Below are positions 58,853 through 59,830 of a stretch of 59,830 bases of DNA, in pieces; position 1 is the stretch's first letter, and every line of letters starts with the position of its first letter. The stretch spans positions 1 to 59,830 of the IMG/VR virus record IMGVR_UViG_3300000351_000079, one strand, 5' to 3'. The DNA comes from a virus. Taxonomy: Duplodnaviria; Caudoviricetes. The translations under genes were made by a program, and so were the position numbers. The notes beneath the pieces are model-generated. The model searched no databases. It had not been told where the DNA came from and was given only the letters and a program-made list of their open reading frames with translations.

Positions 58853-59741
58853 AATGGAAGGCAAAAGTCTTGATTTAGAAAAGCTAAATATAGAAAAAAT
58901 CAAAGAACTATTTCCGAATGTTGTTACCGAAGGAAAAGTGGATTTTGATAAACTTAGAATTATATTAGGTGACCAAATAGATGATCGTGTAGAAAAATAC
59001 CAATTCACTTGGAATGGGAAATCAGACACAATTAAATTAGCACAATCGCCATCAACTGGAACATTAATTCCAAGTAAAGAAGACAGTAAAAACTGGGATA
59101 CTACAGGAAACCTTTATATTGAAGGTGACAACTTAGAAGTCTTGAAGCAACTCCAAAAGACTTATTACGGAAAAGTTAAAATGATATATATAGATCCCCC
59201 TTATAATACAGGTGGAGATTTTGTGTATAAAGATGATTTCAAGGATAACATTAAGAATTATAAAGAACAGACTCAACAAACCAGTAGAGCTAATCCGGAA
59301 ACTAATGGTAGATATCATACTGATTGGCTTAATATGATGTATTCTAGATTGATGTTAGCTAAAAATTTACTCTCCAATGAAGGTGTTATTTTTATAAGCA
59401 TTGACGAGAATGAAAATTACAATTTAATTAAGCTTTGTAATGAAATTTTTGGCGAATTTAATAGAATAAGTGACATGGTTAATATTACAGGAGCTAGTCA
59501 AAATGGAGAAGGAGTTTTAATACAAAAAAACTATGAGACATGTTTAGTATATTGCAAAAATCTGAGTTTGTTAAAAATTAATAAGGTTGACAAGGCAAAT
59601 GAGTCACTAAGGAGTCTAGCTGATGCACCAACACCTCTAAACACTAGGCCAGACATGGGGTACACAATATATTATAACGAATTGAATGATGATATAATTC
59701 CCTTGAAAGATTATGATAAAAATTTAATACCAGACTGTTGA
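58845..59741 (+). pseudogene. mod: type III R-M methyltransferase (mod), 5' part, interrupted
   Basis: FTWNGK, NLYIEGDNLE, IDPPYNTG, WLNMMY; SAM-binding FxGxG half missing; stop lies inside IS-like sequence. Confidence 0.8.
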
Positions 59742-59830
59742 CAAAGTCGCCTAGAAATAGGCGGCTTTTTCTTTTCGATTAAGATTCACGAGCAAACATG
59801 TAGAAGTTTCGAGTTTTCCACGTGGATAAG
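59731..59830. mobile_element. probable IS terminus (IS1182/IS5-like end)
   Basis: CAGACTGTTGACAAAG begins where mod breaks, followed by hairpin AAAGTCGCCTA-GAAA-TAGGCGGCTTT; no transposase visible. Confidence 0.55.

Larger units (their letters stand above)
44500..59830. mobile_element. element 2: putative cos-type satellite (or defective prophage) related to element 1; right end outside the window
   Basis: Syntenic homologues of the element 1 left arm, cos copy, no structural genes visible. Confidence 0.75.

Noticed and set aside
590-59318. Many 60-105 aa ORFs antisense to or nested in long genes (e.g. 590-802, 30175-30477, 45991-46284)
   Set aside because: Shadow frames of well-supported genes, with no RBS or recognisable motifs
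1-59830. Genetic code 4 (TGA = Trp) as in Mycoplasma
   Set aside because: Long genes are open under code 11, conserved Trp residues use TGG, and several genes end in TGA with ATGA coupling to the next gene

Overview
AT-rich window made almost entirely of mobile DNA. It opens in the 3' half of a tRNA-Cys gene. Element 1 (~0.1-44.5 kb) is an apparently complete HK97-type siphoprophage. It carries two tandem large serine recombinases, a repressor/cro switch, an extra tyrosine recombinase, an antirepressor, a DUF4373 replication initiator, four DNA methyltransferases plus MetK, HNH/cos/terminase, head and tail genes, and two holin-like genes but no endolysin. Its cargo includes a type IIS R-M system, Sir2-HerA, Gabija and several unknown morons. 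Element 2 (~44.5 kb to the window end) has the same but diverged integration/regulation/replication arm and no structural genes in view. It keeps a 20/20-bp identical copy of the prophage's putative cos core and a homologue of its HTH terminase-small-like gene. It also carries AbiE and a helicase-DUF4391-type III mod cassette cut by a probable IS. The best reading is a cos-hijacking satellite integrated in tandem with its helper, possibly in a wall-less Acholeplasma-like host (inference). Family assignments come from motifs recognised by eye, not from database searches.
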